Part shown: positions 17,660-20,000 of the stretch, in pieces
Layout of the letters: each line of letters opens with the position of its first letter
Numbering within the stretch: position 1 is the first letter of the stretch
DNA from: Thraustochytrium aureum
Lineage: Eukaryota
DNA: 20,000 bases
Reading direction: 5' to 3'
Assembly (NCBI GenBank): GCA_012862495.1
Contig: BLSG01000410.1
Coordinates: 396,099-416,098, forward strand
Notes under the pieces: generated by a model
The model's database searches: none
Seen by the model: the letters and a program-made list of their open reading frames with translations, nothing else
Told to the model about the DNA's origin: nothing
Program-made: the position numbers and the translations under genes

Positions 17660-19371
17660 ATGCCGAGCACAACGCCGACCAGCGAGGAGGTCGCCCAGAT
17701 GCGAGCCAAGGAGCTCGGAGTGACGCTGCTGCCGCTCAGCGAGGCGCAAAAGGAGCTCAACAACAAGCTCTTCAAGGGCTGGTCCATGCTGGACCAGGTC
17801 TGCCCGATCAGCAACTACCCTCTCGTGAAGGACCCCAAAAGCGGGATGGTGTGGTCCATCAGGTGTCAGATGGAGGTCGGCCCCGACCCCGCCAAGCGAG
17901 TCGGCAAGGACCTGCCGCAAAGTGCAGAATGCGCTGGATCGGACGGTTTTGCAGACGCAGACACGCAGTCGCTTCGCATCGCAGCCAAAGTCGTGGATGG
18001 CTGGGAGCTAACCGGCGAGATCTGTCCCGTGTCGCACAAGTGCCCCGTANNNNNNNNNNNNNNNNNNNNNNNNNNNNNNNNNNNNNNNNNNNNNNNNNNN
18101 NNNNNNNNNNNNNNNNNNNNNNNNNNNNNNNNNNNNNNNNNNNNNNNNNNNNNNNNNNNNNNNNNNNNNNNNNNNNNNNNNNNNNNNNNNNNNNNNNNNN
18201 NNNNNNNNNNNNNNNNNNNNNNNNNNNNNNNNNNNNNNNNNNNNNNNNNNNNNNNNNNNNNNNNNNNNNNGGTCTGCGAGGGTCGACACGAGCAGCAACC
18301 AGTTGGAACCCGGTGAGCCCAAACCGACGCAAACCCCAGCTGCTGCTGCCGCGCGGGCCGCGGGCCCGGCCCGCAAGCCCACCAACTCGGCAGAGACAGT
18401 GTCACGCCTCATCGGGGAAAAGCTGCTCATGGGCTGGACAATGCTCGAAGAAGAGTGCCCTCTGACGCAAGCGTGCCCATTGATGCGCGACCCAAAATCT
18501 GGCCGTCGCTGGACGGCCGCCCTCGGCGATTTTCTGGACAATCTGAGCGCACAGCAAGCCCCGGCTACGGCTGCGCCCGCTGCTGTCTCGCCGCAGTTGC
18601 CGCCCGAGCATGCGCACGAAGCAGAGCCTGCGTCTCCTGAACGGTCCGCTCGGCCAGCTTTGGCGGCCGCCCGACGGAGGCTGATCTAGAGGCCCAGTCG
18701 GCGCGAATTGGCGACTTGCCGTGCGTGGGTGGACGATGCTGGACCAAGTTTGCCCGGTCACGAGGAGTTGCCCTCTGCTCATGGACCCGAAGACGAAGAA
18801 AAACTACTCTGCCGCGCTCAACCGCTTCGTCACCGACGCGGACTACGAAGAGCAAGACAGCCCGAGAGGCAGCGCAACGTGCCCCCCGCCGTCAGTCCCA
18901 TCGGCGGATGCCCCGGGCCCTCCCGCAGCGGCCAAGCAAGACATGAGCGAATTTATGATTGGAAGCTGGAAAGAGGCCGCTGAGGAGGCCTTCGCGGAGG
19001 ACCTTGACGGTCTAGATGGTGGCCCTGTGCGGGCCTCCACCGGTCCTCTTGGTGGCCGGGCGCAACGCGCGCCAGCTCGCGAGGCTGCTAAGCGCGCTTC
19101 AGATCACGGCAGACTCGACGATATTCAAGAGAACGCCTCGACGCGCAGCGTGCTATCCGGTGTATCTCACAACGGCGACACTGGAGCCGAGCTCGAGCGA
19201 GCGGAGGCGACGCTGCGCTCCAAGATGCGCGAATGCAGGCAGGCGCTGGCCAACATGGAGATCTCCCTCGCGACCGACACGGTCATGATGGACCGCTGCG
19301 CCAAGCTCGCCGAGATGATTGGCGTCTGCGCCACCTCGATCGCGCGTCTCCAGGGCGTCCCGCCCCGCTGA
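17660..19371 (+). CDS. SSSCA1: SSSCA1/ZNRD2 (Auto_anti-p27)-like protein with at least 4 tandem zinc-ribbon-derived repeats and a C-terminal helical domain; contains a gap and two frameshifts (~18670-18672, ~18715-18720)
   Basis: AAATG start at 17660. Repeats: ELNNKLFKGWSMLDQVCP, SLRIAAKVVDGWELTGEICP, VSRLIGEKLLMGWTMLEEECP, SARIGDL/AVRGWTMLDQVCP, matching the family pattern S..(I/M)G..LL.G(W/Y).ML...C. The C-terminal ATLRSKMRECRQAL...CAKLAEMIGVCATSIARLQ resembles the SSSCA1 C-terminal helices. Confidence 0.85.
18050..18270. other. Assembly gap (N run) inside the SSSCA1-like gene
   Basis: Run of N interrupting repeat 2. Confidence 1.
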
Positions 19372-19453
19372 GTGTTTCTTGCGGCTGACGACTGGCTGTG
19401 GCACGCGGGACTGGACCTTCAGGAGCGGCACCAGCGAGGGCGGTAACCAACCC

Positions 19454-19502
19454 ATCGATGATCCGATCGAGCGATGATCGATCGAACGATGATCATCGAT
19501 CG
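19454..19502. repeat. Second (GATC/ATCG)-rich tract
   Basis: ATCGATGATCCGATCGAGCGATGATCGATCGAACGATGATCATCGATCG. Confidence 0.85.
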
Positions 19503-19832
19503 TAGCCGAGTAGGCCTGCCGGTAGAGAGGTACTCAACTCATCCAGGTTGATTGATGTCCATCCTGCCGGCGGTTACCTTCCGCAACCAGAACAACGTTG
19601 ACGCTGTTTGATTCAAATCGCTAGCCTGCCCCCCTCCGCGGCGCAACTCGCCTCATCTCCGGAGAAATGAAGCCAATAATTGGTCGATTCTGTATTCGCT
19701 TTTCTACCGAGAATACCAATAATCGCTCGTTTTGCCCCTGCACCCGATCGCTCTCGTTCGTGCTTTTTGCGCGGCTGTTTTTGGGCGTTGTTGGACCACG
19801 ACGACGTCCAGGCAGACACCGAACGCGAGCGC

Positions 19833-19854
19833 GCGAGCGAGCGAGCGAGCGAGC
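19833..19854. repeat. (GCGA)n microsatellite
   Basis: GCGAGCGAGCGAGCGAGCGAGC. Confidence 0.9.
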
Positions 19855-20000
19855 AGGAGCTGGCGGCGGGCGGACGCGCTGACGGAGAGGCAGCCTGCGT
19901 GCCAATCGACCCGTGGTTGGTTGCGACAAGCAAGGCTCGGCGGCGCTGCTGCGCTCTGCTCGGCGATTTGTTCGTTCGCTTGGCGGTTTGGGGCGGTATC

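Noticed and set aside
4308..18541. Long ORFs that run through N-gaps (e.g. 4308-5282, 11526-12536, and 13177-14607 read as a hydrolase-ligase fusion)
   Set aside because: Artefacts of translating N as X; the gap lengths are only estimates.
249..19455. Numerous antisense or alternate-frame ORFs overlapping the real genes (e.g. 310-1053, 5866-6585, 9519-10286, 16220-16816)
   Set aside because: Shadow ORFs expected in high-GC coding DNA; Arg/Ala/Pro-rich with no motifs.
19543..19569. CCAGGTTGAT...ATCCTGCC resembling the 18S rRNA 5' end
   Set aside because: The match is interrupted and no rRNA sequence follows.
1..20000. Functional gene cluster or operon-like system
   Set aside because: The products (transporter, surface protein, UGGT, esterase, lipoate ligase, RGS, SSSCA1-like) share no evident pathway; this looks like an ordinary compact eukaryotic gene neighbourhood.

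Overview
GC-rich, gene-dense, apparently intron-poor eukaryotic scaffold with four N-gaps. A protist such as a stramenopile/labyrinthulomycete is inferred from gene content and compactness, not proven. Gene order: a 5'-truncated FUSC/ArAE-like membrane protein (+); a signal-peptide, GPI-type protein with two tandem 8-Cys domains (+); an orphan partial CDS (+); a full-length UDP-glucose:glycoprotein glucosyltransferase, UGGT (-, three frameshifts); an HSL-family alpha/beta hydrolase (+, 5' end in gap); a lipoate-protein ligase (+, 5' end in gap); an N-acylated triple-RGS protein (-, one frameshift); and an SSSCA1/ZNRD2-like protein with at least four degenerate zinc-ribbon repeats (+, gap and two frameshifts). 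The six frameshifts go in both directions and five sit in short homopolymers, so they are most likely assembly errors. No RNA genes, CRISPR arrays or intact mobile elements were seen, and there is no convincing new multi-gene system. The best leads are unusual protein architectures (SSSCA1 repeats that lost their distal Cys, triple RGS, 2x8-Cys surface protein) and several intergenic repeats and cryptic coding-like fragments.
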